A stretch of DNA of 64,000 nt, taken from the NCBI GenBank assembly GCA_946965045.2, contig OX337238.1, forward strand, positions 2,046,001 to 2,110,000, read 5' to 3'. This DNA is from Epithemia pelagica (lineage: Eukaryota > Protista > Bacillariophyta). Positions 37,246 through 49,150 of the stretch are shown in pieces; the stretch's first letter is position 1; each line of letters begins with the position of its first letter. Under the pieces are notes generated by a model, which did not search any database, was not told the DNA's origin, and saw only the letters and a program-made list of their open reading frames with translations. Position numbers and translations under genes: made by a program.

Positions 37246-39069
37246 TTAATTCTTTTGGACGAGTCGAGCCTCGGCATGGTTCGGTCGTATACGGCGATTC
37301 TGGTTGGTAGTGTTCTTGGCTGGAACCAAGTAGCGACAAAACCGTAGATGGACGCAGGTTGGGTCGGCCGAATACGTGGTCGGAACCAACCGTTCCACAA
37401 GGGGTGGAATTCGGGTCGATACGGCATCGTATGGGGCTGGATTCAATATCAAGACTCGTTTCTCAACAAAGCGTCCAGTGGAAGTGTTGTTGGTCCCATG
37501 TGTGGACGAATTGGAGGAGTTGTTTGTGGATACCAATCCATTACTGGAATGATTCGTATCATCGGCTGTCAGGTGCACTCGTTGTGTTTGCATTCCTCCC
37601 AGCTGATACCCAATGCAATTGGAATTCCAATGGACGGCCGATCGAGAAAAGTCGGAATTGGAATGATAGACTTTATCGGCCGTGTGCATGGTGTACCAAT
37701 CCGACCACAGTTTGAGGTTTTGATTTTCTTTTGTCTCTGTTGTTGTCGTCGTCGTGTTGGTCGTCGAGGTGACATTCTCTGCGGTTGTGGTTGTGGTGGT
37801 GTTTGTTTTTTTGTTTTTTTTCGTCGTCTCTCCATTGGGACCCCACGTGATATCCATGGCACCGTGACGAATCCGTTTGCCGACCCAGGCCGGATCAAAG
37901 GACCAACCACAACACTCCTGAAATCGCTCGTACCAATCGATTCGATTCGTGACCAAGTACGTGCCATTTCCCTTGAGTAAATGACCCAAATACTCCAAGG
38001 ACTCATCGTCCAAGCCTCGATCTCGATCGGAGCCACCATCGGGATAGCGCAAATGTACAACGACTCGGGGTCGATAGTCATTCTCTGGAGTATTGGTGTT
38101 GTAATAGGGCAAGGCTTGAAGCAAGGCGGGTCGAGGACGGTAAAACCGATGAAAAAAGGATGGAGGAATCTCACTGCGCCATCCAGGATAGGTATTTCCC
38201 GAGAAGCTCACATACAGTATCTGTCGCGAGGTCAAGGTTTCTCGCACAACACATTCATCCGGGTCGGTCGATCCAAAGTTCCACAAAATCAAATCTTTTT
38301 TTTGAGTACGAAATTCCTTGGTGGTTTGTGTTTCCGTTTTATTGACAAATCGAGCTTCCAAGGATCGACACAAGGCGGCATGATCGGTATTGGCATAGTC
38401 AAAGGCTTCCCAAAAGGCATCCCATATGAGACACACGGTCCGATTAAATTCCAAGCCAAACAAATGGGCCGCCAACAATCCTTGCAAATGGTTGCCGGCC
38501 CCTTGTCCTCGCCTACCACCCTGAAAAATGATAAAGTGTGTTCGAGAATGGATGACCGAGTCGTCCTCGGAGGTGGTGTCAGCCTCCTCCTCCTCAATGG
38601 GAGTGGTGGATTCTTTGTCCTCATCTACGTCCTCTTTTAGATCACTGACTTCACTGTCTTGCATGGAATGTACTAAAGATGTTGTTGTTGTTCTTGCGGT
38701 GGTGGTGTCGTTGGAGAATTTTAACAGCGAATGGGTTCGAGGCAGTGTGTCATCCTTGGCGACGGGAGCTGCGTTCCGAGACTGGCCGTGATCCATGGTT
38801 CCATGAGAGGGAAAGAACATGAGTGGACCTGAACCATTTTGTTGTTGTCGGAATGATGATAATGGTGATAATGACGACTGTTGCTGCACTTGCAAGACCA
38901 GCTGAGACTGCAGAAAGGTGATCCACACTACCAGGAGTAAAAACACCAGGCCGTACTTCCGGAGACTTTTCCAAGAAGAAGAAGAAGAACCACCGAAGGC
39001 CAACCGTGGAAACAGACTTGGTCGGTTTCGTCTTCGAAGCAGTAAAGGCTGGCGTATAGATCGCTTCAT
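37246..39069 (-). CDS. Type II membrane glycosyltransferase, fucosyltransferase-like
   Basis: N-terminal TM; GQGAGNHLQGLLAAHLFGLEFNRTV, VVVHLR, YLVTN and SDFSRSA resemble alpha-2/6-fucosyltransferase motifs. Confidence 0.55.
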   Translation of the reverse strand: MKRSIRQPLLLRRRNRPSLFPRLAFGGSSSSSWKSLRKYGLVFLLLVVWITFLQSQLVLQVQQQSSLSPLSSFRQQQNGSGPLMFFPSHGTMDHGQSRNAAPVAKDDTLPRTHSLLKFSNDTTTARTTTTSLVHSMQDSEVSDLKEDVDEDKESTTPIEEEEADTTSEDDSVIHSRTHFIIFQGGRRGQGAGNHLQGLLAAHLFGLEFNRTVCLIWDAFWEAFDYANTDHAALCRSLEARFVNKTETQTTKEFRTQKKDLILWNFGSTDPDECVVRETLTSRQILYVSFSGNTYPGWRSEIPPSFFHRFYRPRPALLQALPYYNTNTPENDYRPRVVVHLRYPDGGSDRDRGLDDESLEYLGHLLKGNGTYLVTNRIDWYERFQECCGWSFDPAWVGKRIRHGAMDITWGPNGETTKKNKKTNTTTTTTAENVTSTTNTTTTTTETKENQNLKLWSDWYTMHTADKVYHSNSDFSRSAVHWNSNCIGYQLGGMQTQRVHLTADDTNHSSNGLVSTNNSSNSSTHGTNNTSTGRFVEKRVLILNPAPYDAVSTRIPPLVERLVPTTYSADPTCVHLRFCRYLVPAKNTTNQNRRIRPNHAEARLVQKN

Positions 39070-39897
39070 TCTGTGGCTTGTTTCTTTGCGGAAAGAGGGG
39101 AAGGAACGCCAGGATGATGATGATACACCTCAAGAGACTATGGCATAAAAACTGTGAGAAGCTGATTCGGTAGACGGCAGTCTATGGACGCAGTTTTGGT
39201 GCTCATGGCTCATGCTCACCAAAATTTCTTCCAAATTTCGCAAGTGCGCAGGGCCCATATCGACGCACCATAATCGCACTTTTTCTACTCCCACGCAGGC
39301 GGGAGTCTGGTCACGCGTGATTGAATGCACGATGTGCATTTATATGCTCATCACATTTGTATCCCACTTGTCCTCGTGACTTACACAAGCTGGAGATTAA
39401 CGTTTTTCGCGAACGCACCCCCACCCCGCGCCCGCGTGCCGCTTCAAAGGGGGTGACTGCGATCCCTTTATTTGCGATCCAAAATAAGGGGGCATCGAAT
39501 CTCAGATTCGTCGTCAACACAACACACCGCGACGATGATGAGGAATCATCCGATGGAGAGATAGATCTGCTGTTCACAAAAGCGCGTCTTTTGTGGCTTT
39601 GGGAGAGCACGACTTCTCGTAGAGAACTCGCGGCGCCGGATCCTCTCGAGACAAGCTGTCTGGATTTTGGTCCTTTTATTCTTGAATTGACGCAGCCGTT
39701 TGTTTCGTGTTGATGCATCTCCTGGACAGATCCAACACAAGGAGCTCCCAACAACACCAACAACGACGGCTTGGTTCACCAGTCCTGTATCCAACGAGCA
39801 GCATTCGAAACCGACGCTCCGCGTCGTACTGGAGTCTTCGGCTTCATCTGGACCAATCATCCGTAACAAAGAAAAGAAGAAGAAGAAGAAGAACACC

Positions 39898-41274
39898 ATG
39901 ATTGGAACCAAACCACCAACCATTCGTTCCATCACGAGCTCCTCGTCCACCTTGTCTTGTTCCCACAAGTCTTCGCTGTCCTGGTCCATTGTGACATTCA
40001 CCGTTGTAGTTGGAACTGCCATATCGGTGCTCTGGTACGTATCATCGATCCAGGGTTCCAAACTACCGCTGCAGAACCTGTTGGACACGCGACCGCGTTT
40101 GTATTACCGACGCCAACACACGACGGAGCACCACCAACATGACGTGTGGACCTTTACCATACTCCAGTTGGCCGATATACATTTGGGGGAAGCACAAGAT
40201 ACCGACTGGGGACCGGAACAAGATCGCAAAACATGGCGTGCTTTGAGTTCCTATTTGGATCGCATGGCTTCTGTTGTGGATTTGATTGTCTTGTCGGGCG
40301 ATCAATTAACGGCCAACGATTGTTACAATCCGAACAATGCGACCCTGTATTACAAACAATTGGGTCTGTTCTTGGCCACATACAATATACCATATGCCAT
40401 TGTGTTTGGCAATCACGATGACATGGCAGCGGATCAAACACACATTCCGGCCACAACACGTCAGGCATTGGTCCAGACCATGCAACAAAACTTTGCCGAC
40501 TTGAGTTTGTTGCAAGCTGGACCACGCCATGTTCGGGGCATTTCCAATTATTGGGTCGATCTCTATTACCCATCAAAAGACGGTACTACGAACGAGGATC
40601 GTTTGGCATCTCGAATTGCCTTTTTGGATACGGGTGGAGGACAATTCGAGCAACGGATTGATGAGTCGCAGTTGCAATGGTTTGTCGAGGAAAATCACCG
40701 CCAGAGGACCAGACGGTCCCTTGCTCCTCCAGTGGTAACCTTTGCCCACATTCCCACCCAGGAGTTTGATACCTACCAAAACACTTCTACTACTAGTACC
40801 AGTAGTAGTCGAAGGACGGGTCACTGTGTGGGTGACAATAATGACCAGGGCATTGCCCCCCTCACAGGCGGAGATGCTGGATTGATTGCCACCCTCTCGG
40901 CCCAATCCAATGTCCACTTTTTGGCTGTGGGACACAATCATGGCAATGATTACTGCTGTCCGGTACCAACCACAACCACCAAACCCACCATCCCCCAACA
41001 GACGGCGGTAGCAGCAAGGCACAACACAACCACCCATTCGACTCGGACAAGCGCCGTCTCCCCACCAAACCAACTAGTACCGTCACGGTTGCACTTGTGT
41101 TTCGGTCGGCACTCGGGACATGGAGGGTACGGTTCCTGGGATCGGGGTGCACGCGTCTACGAATTGCAATTACGACATTCCCGTGGCCGGAATCGTTTCT
41201 CCACACGATCCTTTCAATGGAAATCCTGGGTTCTCCTGGAATCTGGTTTGATCCAACACTCCTACAACCCCTAG
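39898..41274 (+). CDS. Calcineurin-like metallophosphoesterase (Dcr2/PAP14-16-28-29-like), N-terminal TM
   Basis: LADIHLGE, LSGDQ, FGNHDD, FAHIP, VGHNHGNDY and CFGRHSGHGGYG motifs; ATG at 39898. Confidence 0.9.
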   Translation: MIGTKPPTIRSITSSSSTLSCSHKSSLSWSIVTFTVVVGTAISVLWYVSSIQGSKLPLQNLLDTRPRLYYRRQHTTEHHQHDVWTFTILQLADIHLGEAQDTDWGPEQDRKTWRALSSYLDRMASVVDLIVLSGDQLTANDCYNPNNATLYYKQLGLFLATYNIPYAIVFGNHDDMAADQTHIPATTRQALVQTMQQNFADLSLLQAGPRHVRGISNYWVDLYYPSKDGTTNEDRLASRIAFLDTGGGQFEQRIDESQLQWFVEENHRQRTRRSLAPPVVTFAHIPTQEFDTYQNTSTTSTSSSRRTGHCVGDNNDQGIAPLTGGDAGLIATLSAQSNVHFLAVGHNHGNDYCCPVPTTTTKPTIPQQTAVAARHNTTTHSTRTSAVSPPNQLVPSRLHLCFGRHSGHGGYGSWDRGARVYELQLRHSRGRNRFSTRSFQWKSWVLLESGLIQHSYNP

Positions 41275-41890
41275 GAAAGGAGGAGGAACAGCAGCAACGA
41301 ATAGCGAGAGGCGTGATTCATTGGAAACTCACCAGACTCACCAGACATGCCGTTCCAGCCATGCTCTTGGTACAAATCTTGCGTGCACGCACACGGTGAC
41401 TGTTCTTTCACCAAAAACTGTTGAGAGTGAAACTTGGAGCTGTTCAAAGCCCATTTATCTCTCGGATTCCCACCTCCACGATTGTGTGTTGGGGGTGTTG
41501 CCTCGTGCGGCTCTTGTCGTCGTTCTTGGGAGCGACCATGCCATTCGAATAGGGTCGCAGGTATCAAAAATAGGGGATGTGACGAGCTCTTCTCCTACAC
41601 ATTCCTCGCCAAGAATTAAGACCGCACTGATGTCAAGATTGATCCTCGCTTTGCAGACTCTACGTATCACTTTTTTAATTTACTTATCGGCGGGGCCATA
41701 ATGAACTCACGTGAAGCATGGCATGGAAGTGAGGACTCTCCACACCAGTTTGTTTGCATCTTAGCCATTTAAAAAGATGACATTTCCAACCCAAGAGAAA
41801 GGATGGAACCTGATGAATCAATTCGTCATGTCGTACTTTACAGATGCATTAAAGTAATATTGAAGGAACTGTCTTTGGTCTTGGATACTA

Positions 41891-44281
41891 CTATTGTTTC
41901 TTACCGTCGGTTTTCTTCTTGGGGTTTGTTGTGGTGGTGGGGGCGGCCGTTGTAGTTGTGGTGGAATTCCCGTTTGTCGCCTGTGGTATCGTCTTGGCTG
42001 GTTTGGTAGGTTGCTTCTTGTTCTTTTTTGTTGGTATCAACAATCGAATGGGCGACAAAAACCATATTGTCTGAAAGACGAACCGCACACTGGCGGCAAT
42101 CGAACGCCAAACCAAGCACAAGGCTTGTCCCATGGCCCTCCAAATTTGATTTCGCAACAGCAAAATCAACAAGAGAGCTGTTCCAATCAAGATTTGCCGC
42201 AAGGTGGTATCCGGTGTTTCACACAATTGATCCAAGAAGTGGGTTCGCACAAAGGAGGGTGACTGAGCTTGTAACCTCGGACAGCGATTTCGAATTTCGG
42301 TCATCGCCTTCTTCCAAACAAGTTCTTGTTGTTTGTGCAAGGCCCGTTTCTGTTGTTGCAGTGCGGTTTCAAATTGCAGGACCTGAGGTGCGACATGGCG
42401 TTGGTAGGTTCGACTTAGTGATTGTTGAACAGGATCGACATGATGTTTCAAATGTTGACGATACCAAGCTTGATACTTTTGTTGATAGGGCTTTAACTTC
42501 TTCGACACGGGTTGGTGCACATGCTCCATCCATTGTGCTTCAACTTCCTGATAGCCCTGTCCCATCCAATATAGGGCATCGTCTTGCACATGCGTCCAAT
42601 TGAAATAACTACGTCTTCCAAAGACTTGTTCCCAATATTCTACCTCTTCTTTCGCGGTTTGTAATTCCCGTGTCAGTTGAGTAACCTGGTCGTTGCGTTG
42701 CTTCAGTGTTGTTTCGTGCTGTGACAAGGCTTGTTTGGTCTTGTCAATTTCCTGTTCTAATGTGGTCTTGATTTGATTTCCCATCGATTTGGTTGCTTGG
42801 ATTTCCTGCTGCAGCTTTTCGCTCATGGTATCCATGACGGCTGTGATTTCGGTTCGCACCCGCAATTCGGTCTGTGCCAACTCCACAGCATGGCGTTTCT
42901 TCAAAGTATCGATATCCAACTCCAAAGTAGCAATTTGAGTTTGCAGCTTCTTTTTGGTTTGTCCATGTTGCGTTTGCAATCTCGCCATGGCCGTGGCATG
43001 TTGCGTTTGAATATCCGTCACAGCCGAGGAATGCATTTGTTTCAAATCCGTCGCTTGCTGTTCGGCTTGTTCCTTTTCCGTCGTTTTCTGTTGATTCAAT
43101 TGTGCCAGCTCCTCTTTCAATTCCGTAATTTGCTCTTCCAGTTGGTCTTGCTTCTTGACATGTTCCACATTGATGCTCTTTTCCTGTTCCAATTGTTCAT
43201 TGGCGGAATCGCAGAGTTCCATTGTCTTGGTGAGATGGATGTCATGTTTCTTGTTTGCCTTTTCCAAGGCCGCTTGACAGACATCGCGAGCTTCAAAGGC
43301 TTGAAGTTTTTCGTCCCACTGGAGTTTGAGTTCTCGTTCCCGTTCCTGAAACTTGTGCTGATATTGACCCTCCATTTGATCAATCAATTGTTGCATAGAG
43401 GCCTTTTGGGCCTCCATTTGCGTCTCCAACGATGACGTTTCTTCTTCGAGCATTTGGACCTTGACGCGTTCAAAACCCAACAAGGTGGCACAATTTTGCG
43501 AGTGCCCATCTTCGGTGGAATTCTTGCTGTCGTCATTCGTGTCATTACCATCCTGTGCCATTTGATCCAACTTTTCTTGAATTTGCACTTGACATTGCTG
43601 TTCGGCTTGTCGTACCGCCTGTTGAAGTTCCAATTGGGCATTGGTTTGGGCAATTTCCATTTCCTTTTTCCAGAGCGTTTCGGTTTCATGGACTCGTTGT
43701 TCCGCCAATTGATTGGTAATGTTGGTACTTTCTTCCCATTTGCTTTGTACATTCTTGAATTCCACTTCCTTTTGTTCCAATACGTCCCGTACCTGTGTCA
43801 ATTCATCCCGAACCTGCGACAATTCCTTGTCCGTCTGACTTTGCAAGCGTGCCATTTGATGCACCAAATCTTGCTTGATGTCTTTCCATTTCCGAGCCTC
43901 CTCGTTTGACGTTTGGAGTTCCGCAGACAACCGTTGCACCTCGGTTTCATGTCGATCCTGTTCCTCTTGCAAGGTTTCGGGAGCGATGCATTCGGCCACC
44001 ACGGAAGCAGCTGGATCCTGGGGATTGTCGCCGCCAAGGGACTGGTCGTCCACTTGGTTCGGTGTCGATTCCCCTGTTCCTTCTTGTTGCGTCCTTTGAG
44101 AGGCAGCCTTCTCCATGCCTTTGTTGTTTTTGTTGTTCATTCTCATGAGCAAACGATTCAGGGGATTGGCCTGAATCATAGAGGGAAGTGACACCACAAC
44201 AATGAGAAGCACGGTTGTCAGTAGTGTGTGGCTCCACATCCTCCGCCGTCGATTCGCCAAAGCAGTAGCAGCAACGACCAT
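41891..44281 (-). CDS. Long coiled-coil membrane protein with signal peptide and C-terminal TM
   Basis: E/Q/K-rich heptad region, N-terminal hydrophobic stretch, ILIGTALLLILLL near the C-terminus; first ATG at 44281. Confidence 0.7.
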   Translation of the reverse strand: MVVAATALANRRRRMWSHTLLTTVLLIVVVSLPSMIQANPLNRLLMRMNNKNNKGMEKAASQRTQQEGTGESTPNQVDDQSLGGDNPQDPAASVVAECIAPETLQEEQDRHETEVQRLSAELQTSNEEARKWKDIKQDLVHQMARLQSQTDKELSQVRDELTQVRDVLEQKEVEFKNVQSKWEESTNITNQLAEQRVHETETLWKKEMEIAQTNAQLELQQAVRQAEQQCQVQIQEKLDQMAQDGNDTNDDSKNSTEDGHSQNCATLLGFERVKVQMLEEETSSLETQMEAQKASMQQLIDQMEGQYQHKFQERERELKLQWDEKLQAFEARDVCQAALEKANKKHDIHLTKTMELCDSANEQLEQEKSINVEHVKKQDQLEEQITELKEELAQLNQQKTTEKEQAEQQATDLKQMHSSAVTDIQTQHATAMARLQTQHGQTKKKLQTQIATLELDIDTLKKRHAVELAQTELRVRTEITAVMDTMSEKLQQEIQATKSMGNQIKTTLEQEIDKTKQALSQHETTLKQRNDQVTQLTRELQTAKEEVEYWEQVFGRRSYFNWTHVQDDALYWMGQGYQEVEAQWMEHVHQPVSKKLKPYQQKYQAWYRQHLKHHVDPVQQSLSRTYQRHVAPQVLQFETALQQQKRALHKQQELVWKKAMTEIRNRCPRLQAQSPSFVRTHFLDQLCETPDTTLRQILIGTALLLILLLRNQIWRAMGQALCLVWRSIAASVRFVFQTIWFLSPIRLLIPTKKNKKQPTKPAKTIPQATNGNSTTTTTAAPTTTTNPKKKTDGKKQ

Positions 44282-44622
44282 CTTGACGTTTGTCGTCGCT
44301 TTGCTGGTACACAGCGTGGTTTCCTCGTTGCAGGTGGATTCAGTCAAGAGCGAAAAATCTTTTTTGGTTGATGCGTGTGGTCATCGACCTTGCCCATCGT
44401 TGATTGAGAAGCAGGCAATAGAGTGAAAGCCAATAGAATTAGGAGTCATCGATGAGGCCATCAAACGAAATGTCCGCGACTCGACCATGCAAAAGCGACC
44501 CAAAATTAGGTCGCTCCAAAAACGTCGCATTGACACAAAGGTGCGACCAAAGAATCATCGAACGGGGGTGTGCGGCGCTATCTTTTCATTCCAAGATTTT
44601 AATCTGAATAATACAAGAGACC

Positions 44623-45363
44623 ATGTCATCGACTCTGGAAGAAAGTGATCCGCCACCTCCACCACCACCACCCCAAGAACCGGATGGACCGGATGTGCCT
44701 CCACCACCTCCGCCGTCCGGCGAGGAAGAGGATCCCACCACAGCAGCACCACCACCACCCACCGCCGACGCGTACATTAAAACCACAACGGGGAACTTTG
44801 TCTCGCATCAAGCGGAAATTACCAATGCTCAAAATGTGGAACTCAAAGGTCGCAGTTGGATTGAAGAAGGCGTACGTCTACGAGGTGATTTAGCCAAGAT
44901 TCGCATGGGACGCTATTGCAAATTGTCACGTGGTACCACCTTGCAACCGGCCCCCGCGACACCGTCCTCCTCCCCTTCTCCACCCACCACACAACAACAA
45001 CATGTTCCCATTGTGATTGGTTCGCATACCACCATTGGTCCGGACTGTCACATTCGTGCCGCGGCCATTGGGAGTTATTGTTGGATTGGTCCGAATGTAA
45101 CCTTGGGAGAACGTGTGATTCTCAAGGATGCCTGCGTCATTGAACCCAATGTGAGATTGGGAGCCGATACGGTCATTCCACCCTTTACTCGGGTGAGTAC
45201 AGTCCATATTTCCACCGTGGGAGGAGAATCTTCCAACACGAACCCAGCAACGACACAAGTACTGCATCAGTTGGAATTGCCTCCGGCTACCATTCCCCTG
45301 ATTCAAGAAGAGTCCATGGAGGCCTACAATCAATGTCGAAAATCCATTCAAAGTTCAGCCTAA
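44623..45363 (+). CDS. DCTN5: Dynactin subunit 5 (p25), left-handed beta-helix
   Basis: YIKTTTGNFVS...LRGDLAKIRMGRYC and IGSYCWIG..ILKDACVIE hexapeptide repeats, TVIPPF. Confidence 0.85.
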   Translation: MSSTLEESDPPPPPPPPQEPDGPDVPPPPPPSGEEEDPTTAAPPPPTADAYIKTTTGNFVSHQAEITNAQNVELKGRSWIEEGVRLRGDLAKIRMGRYCKLSRGTTLQPAPATPSSSPSPPTTQQQHVPIVIGSHTTIGPDCHIRAAAIGSYCWIGPNVTLGERVILKDACVIEPNVRLGADTVIPPFTRVSTVHISTVGGESSNTNPATTQVLHQLELPPATIPLIQEESMEAYNQCRKSIQSSA

Positions 45364-47286
45364 AACATTGCATGTCACAACAAATCATGTGTTTTATGGG
45401 AGCAAAGACAAACAGAAAAGACAATCGCATTTCACTCTCTTTGGGGGTAGACAACCTTTTCTCAGTATATTGAAAGGCAGGACAGCTATTATTATTTTGA
45501 GGATTGCACAAGGGCATGTCAAACAAGGATGCTCTATAGACGAAACGAATTTTGAAAATAATGTAGTCGTACCAATAACGACAACATGATAGAGAGATTT
45601 CTGGTTTGTTTGCGACTGTCGTAGGAAATGGACCAAGAGTACGCAGCTATTGCAGTTTTTGAATGAAAGAAAGGAGGTCTACGGGGTTGCAGTGGTACTG
45701 CTCTGGTCGTTGTTGCTTTGCTGTCATGTAAGTACTACCAAATGAAATCCTATGCATCCACTGGATGGCCGTGGGATACTCCGACCGAAACCAGTTTCAT
45801 GACTCTCATGCGGCTACGAGAAGTAGTAGGAGATGGTATAGAGATCTGTGGACGCTACAACTACAGACAGTCGGTGAATCAGAAACAGGTTCTTACGAAT
45901 GATAAAACAAAAGGTACTCTTGGGAGTGTGTGTTTGTGGTTGGTGTCGCTTTTGGTTGCTACGTCGTGTCATGTTGACGTCACAAATCAAAGCATGCAAT
46001 GCTCTTGACTCTGTCGGTTGCCGTTTGTGTGTCCCCCGACCCATCAAACAGGTGTGTATTGGAAATTTGTGGAAACTGAGAAAAAACACTCATAAATTCC
46101 CAGAAAATAGACTGTCCCCTCCACCCAACTCCAGGTAGGAACAACGGAGAGCGCCATGACAATGACGACAACGACGAATGGGATCACATCCAATTCAATT
46201 CCCCACAAGCCGCTATACCAGACCAGCGTGGTTCACAGAGTGTGAGAATTTTCTTGTTCCGCCACCCTTTGCACTTTACCGTGTCGTGAAAACACGGAGC
46301 AACATGGTACGTTCCGCTCTACCCTGCGCTCCAGAGACCAAGTTCCAAATACACAAACCCCCGGAATGGTGTGGAACATGTGATAGTTTGGCAGTCCCTC
46401 AGTCCACAGTTTCCCGATTGCCAATCGCTAATCGCAATGCTTGCAGTTTCACCCGAATCCCTCCACTATGTAGACGAAGGTTCGATTGGACACACGGTGG
46501 ATGACTCTCACCATGGCTGCACAAAACCGTGAGTGGACCCATGCGATGGACAAGAGCATGTATGTCCATGCAAGAAATAATAATGAGAGAATCTGCAAGG
46601 TGGACCAAGTACAATACGTTTTTGTCGTCACGACAAAAACAGAGGGCTCCGTAGTCCTTCAAGTCCAGAGACAATTTTGTTGGTGGGACTGTACCAGACG
46701 GCAAAGGAAGAGAACCAGCCAGACTCGACAAGCCGTCATCGTCTTTGCAGGATTTCGAGGGTCCTTTTTGCCATTTGTGGTAGCCACATATGTCGATACG
46801 CCATAAAGGAGGCCACTAACATGTTAGGAAACACTCACACCCCTGATATGGATGTGATTGTTCCTGGTCCTCTGCTCTTGTAAAGAAAGCCAAATACAAT
46901 CATTTCATCTCCTGAAGAAACGTTCGGAGTGAAAGTATAGTAAGGCTTTGCACTGCTGCCGATACAGTGACAAAAGGGTTCCGATGAGGCCAAGCTTCCC
47001 TTGAAATGGGATTGTGTTTGGACCCGTTCATCTGTCCAAGGTCATCAATCCGATGAATAAGGATACCACGATTGAAATCGCCACCGTGGAGGTCCGTCGT
47101 TGCTGCCGTCTTTCGTTCCGGTTTTGGCCAGAATATTCAGTCCATCCACGTCCATGCCTCTGCCGTTTGTCATTCAAGGCCGGCGGAGGTCACAGCATAG
47201 TACTTTCTGTGTTTTTGTGAAGAAAGACGATCCATACCTTGGTGTTGTCAGAAAATCTGCTAGTGCCATAAAATCTGCAATGTACC

Positions 47287-48486
47287 ATGACGACGACACT
47301 GCATCAGCAAGCACAACGATCTGGGCTTGCCTTTCTAGACATTAATAATAACAGTAACGAGCCACATTGGAATGTCAATGACTGGCCTCCCGTTTTGGGT
47401 GGGTGGCGTTGGTGCCATGCTTCAGTTATGCTCAACCATACCGAGCAGGATGACAATGCACAGACTGTTGTTATTTTGGGAGGAGACAAACAAGGTCAAG
47501 GCTTCACCAACTCAGTTCTGCTGATGAATTTGGCAGAAGAAAATAAGCAATGGCGGGAAGGACCGCCGTTGAATAGCAAGCGAGTCGATCATGCTGCGGT
47601 GGTTTGTTGCGGAGGAGTTTACGTGATCGGAGGATGGAATGGAAGTTCACACTTGGATACTATCGAACGGATTGATGTTCAAAATTTGTGTTCCGGGGCA
47701 GCGGTACGCACCACCAGCAACCAATGGACCACCTTGAATTGTCGATTATCGACGGTAAGAAGTCACTGTGCGGCTGTTACCGTGCACAATCGCTATATTG
47801 TTGTGATAGGTGGTTCCTTCGGAGACCCTTTGTCGACGGTTGATATAATCGATACAGGTATCGCAAGCAACCACACTGTGATTGAGGGACCATCTATGAC
47901 AGTTCCTCGTTGTGCTTGCGCAAGTGCTGTTATTGGTCATCGCATTTTTGTTGTTGGAGGCTCTAGAAATGGGACAGCTCTCGCCGCAGTAGAGTATTTG
48001 GAGATTCATGATCCTTCCGGCAATGAGACAATGAACACAGCAAATGCAGTGTTTCCATCCTCTTGCCGTTGGGCACGCCATGGCAATCTTGACCTTTTCG
48101 TCCCACGGAGAGATCATGCAGTTGTAGCTGTTGGATCATGTCTGATTGTGATGGGAGGTTGCAATCTCAGAGCTCAGACCACTGCAGAAGTCTTGGATAC
48201 TCGCCGAAACACTGTATGGACCTTTCCCCGATCAACAGGGCCTGGTTATATCTCCGGTACTGTGGTTCACTCAAGGGGAATTGTTGTGATTAGTGGAAGT
48301 TGCGATGCTTCTTGTGCGACACTCCCCTTGGTTGACAAGAATACGTGGTGTTTTCGTCTACTCATTGAACAAGTGCCGAGTACAATCTCTGGGACAAGAA
48401 CAAACTCACTGCCATCTGCAGCGGAACGCACTCTATCATGGAAGGAATCTGGTGAGTGCCCTAAGAATGGGAAACCTGAGACGTAG
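47287..48486 (+). CDS. Kelch-repeat beta-propeller protein
   Basis: Repeated GG motifs (VILGG, VYVIGG, IVVIGG, IFVVGG, LIVMGG) with R..H/C..A spacing. Confidence 0.88.
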   Translation: MTTTLHQQAQRSGLAFLDINNNSNEPHWNVNDWPPVLGGWRWCHASVMLNHTEQDDNAQTVVILGGDKQGQGFTNSVLLMNLAEENKQWREGPPLNSKRVDHAAVVCCGGVYVIGGWNGSSHLDTIERIDVQNLCSGAAVRTTSNQWTTLNCRLSTVRSHCAAVTVHNRYIVVIGGSFGDPLSTVDIIDTGIASNHTVIEGPSMTVPRCACASAVIGHRIFVVGGSRNGTALAAVEYLEIHDPSGNETMNTANAVFPSSCRWARHGNLDLFVPRRDHAVVAVGSCLIVMGGCNLRAQTTAEVLDTRRNTVWTFPRSTGPGYISGTVVHSRGIVVISGSCDASCATLPLVDKNTWCFRLLIEQVPSTISGTRTNSLPSAAERTLSWKESGECPKNGKPET

Positions 48487-49150
48487 AACGTGTCAATTGA
48501 GACATACTCCTATAAATCTTAAGAGTAAGACGCAATCATGAGAATTAGTACTAGCCAATGGGGTCGCTACGCGTTACACCATGACTCGGCAGCGGATTGG
48601 ATGAGGTATCGGCACTTTCTCATGGTCGGTGCCAACAAAGACAATGGCCATACGATCCCATTCTGGAAGGTCTCTAAAGATACCTCTCGGATACAAGATT
48701 CCCATCCGAATCTGAAAAACAGAGATCCGATTGGTTGGCCATGTCACACAGCCGGAAATCGGTTGAACGGAAAATTTCTGTTTATTAGGGTGTCACAAGA
48801 TAGAAATTAATAGGGTGTAGATCGCCGATTTCCTTTCCGTTGAGAGCTGGACCGTATTTATTGACCGTAAGTATTTTAGAAAGGCAAGCACAGCCCCAAC
48901 TTGGCGATCCTCGATACTGTAGACTAAATGTACAGTATATCAATGGCGTTAGAAGAGCGAGCCTGGGCGAGGCCGGGGGCTGAAAAAAATGGAGGCGATG
49001 GTTGCCGCCAATCCACTCTCGCTCACATCTCACAAATCGCCACAATCATCTCCCTTCTCTCGTTGGACGACACTCTCACATCCAGCGACTATCCACTGTC
49101 TCAAAAAGCAAACAACAACAAGCACACGAGATATATAAATTGTTGTCACC

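Noticed and set aside
46150-46810. Degraded gene upstream of the Kelch gene
   Set aside because: There are several stops in every frame and no recognisable family.
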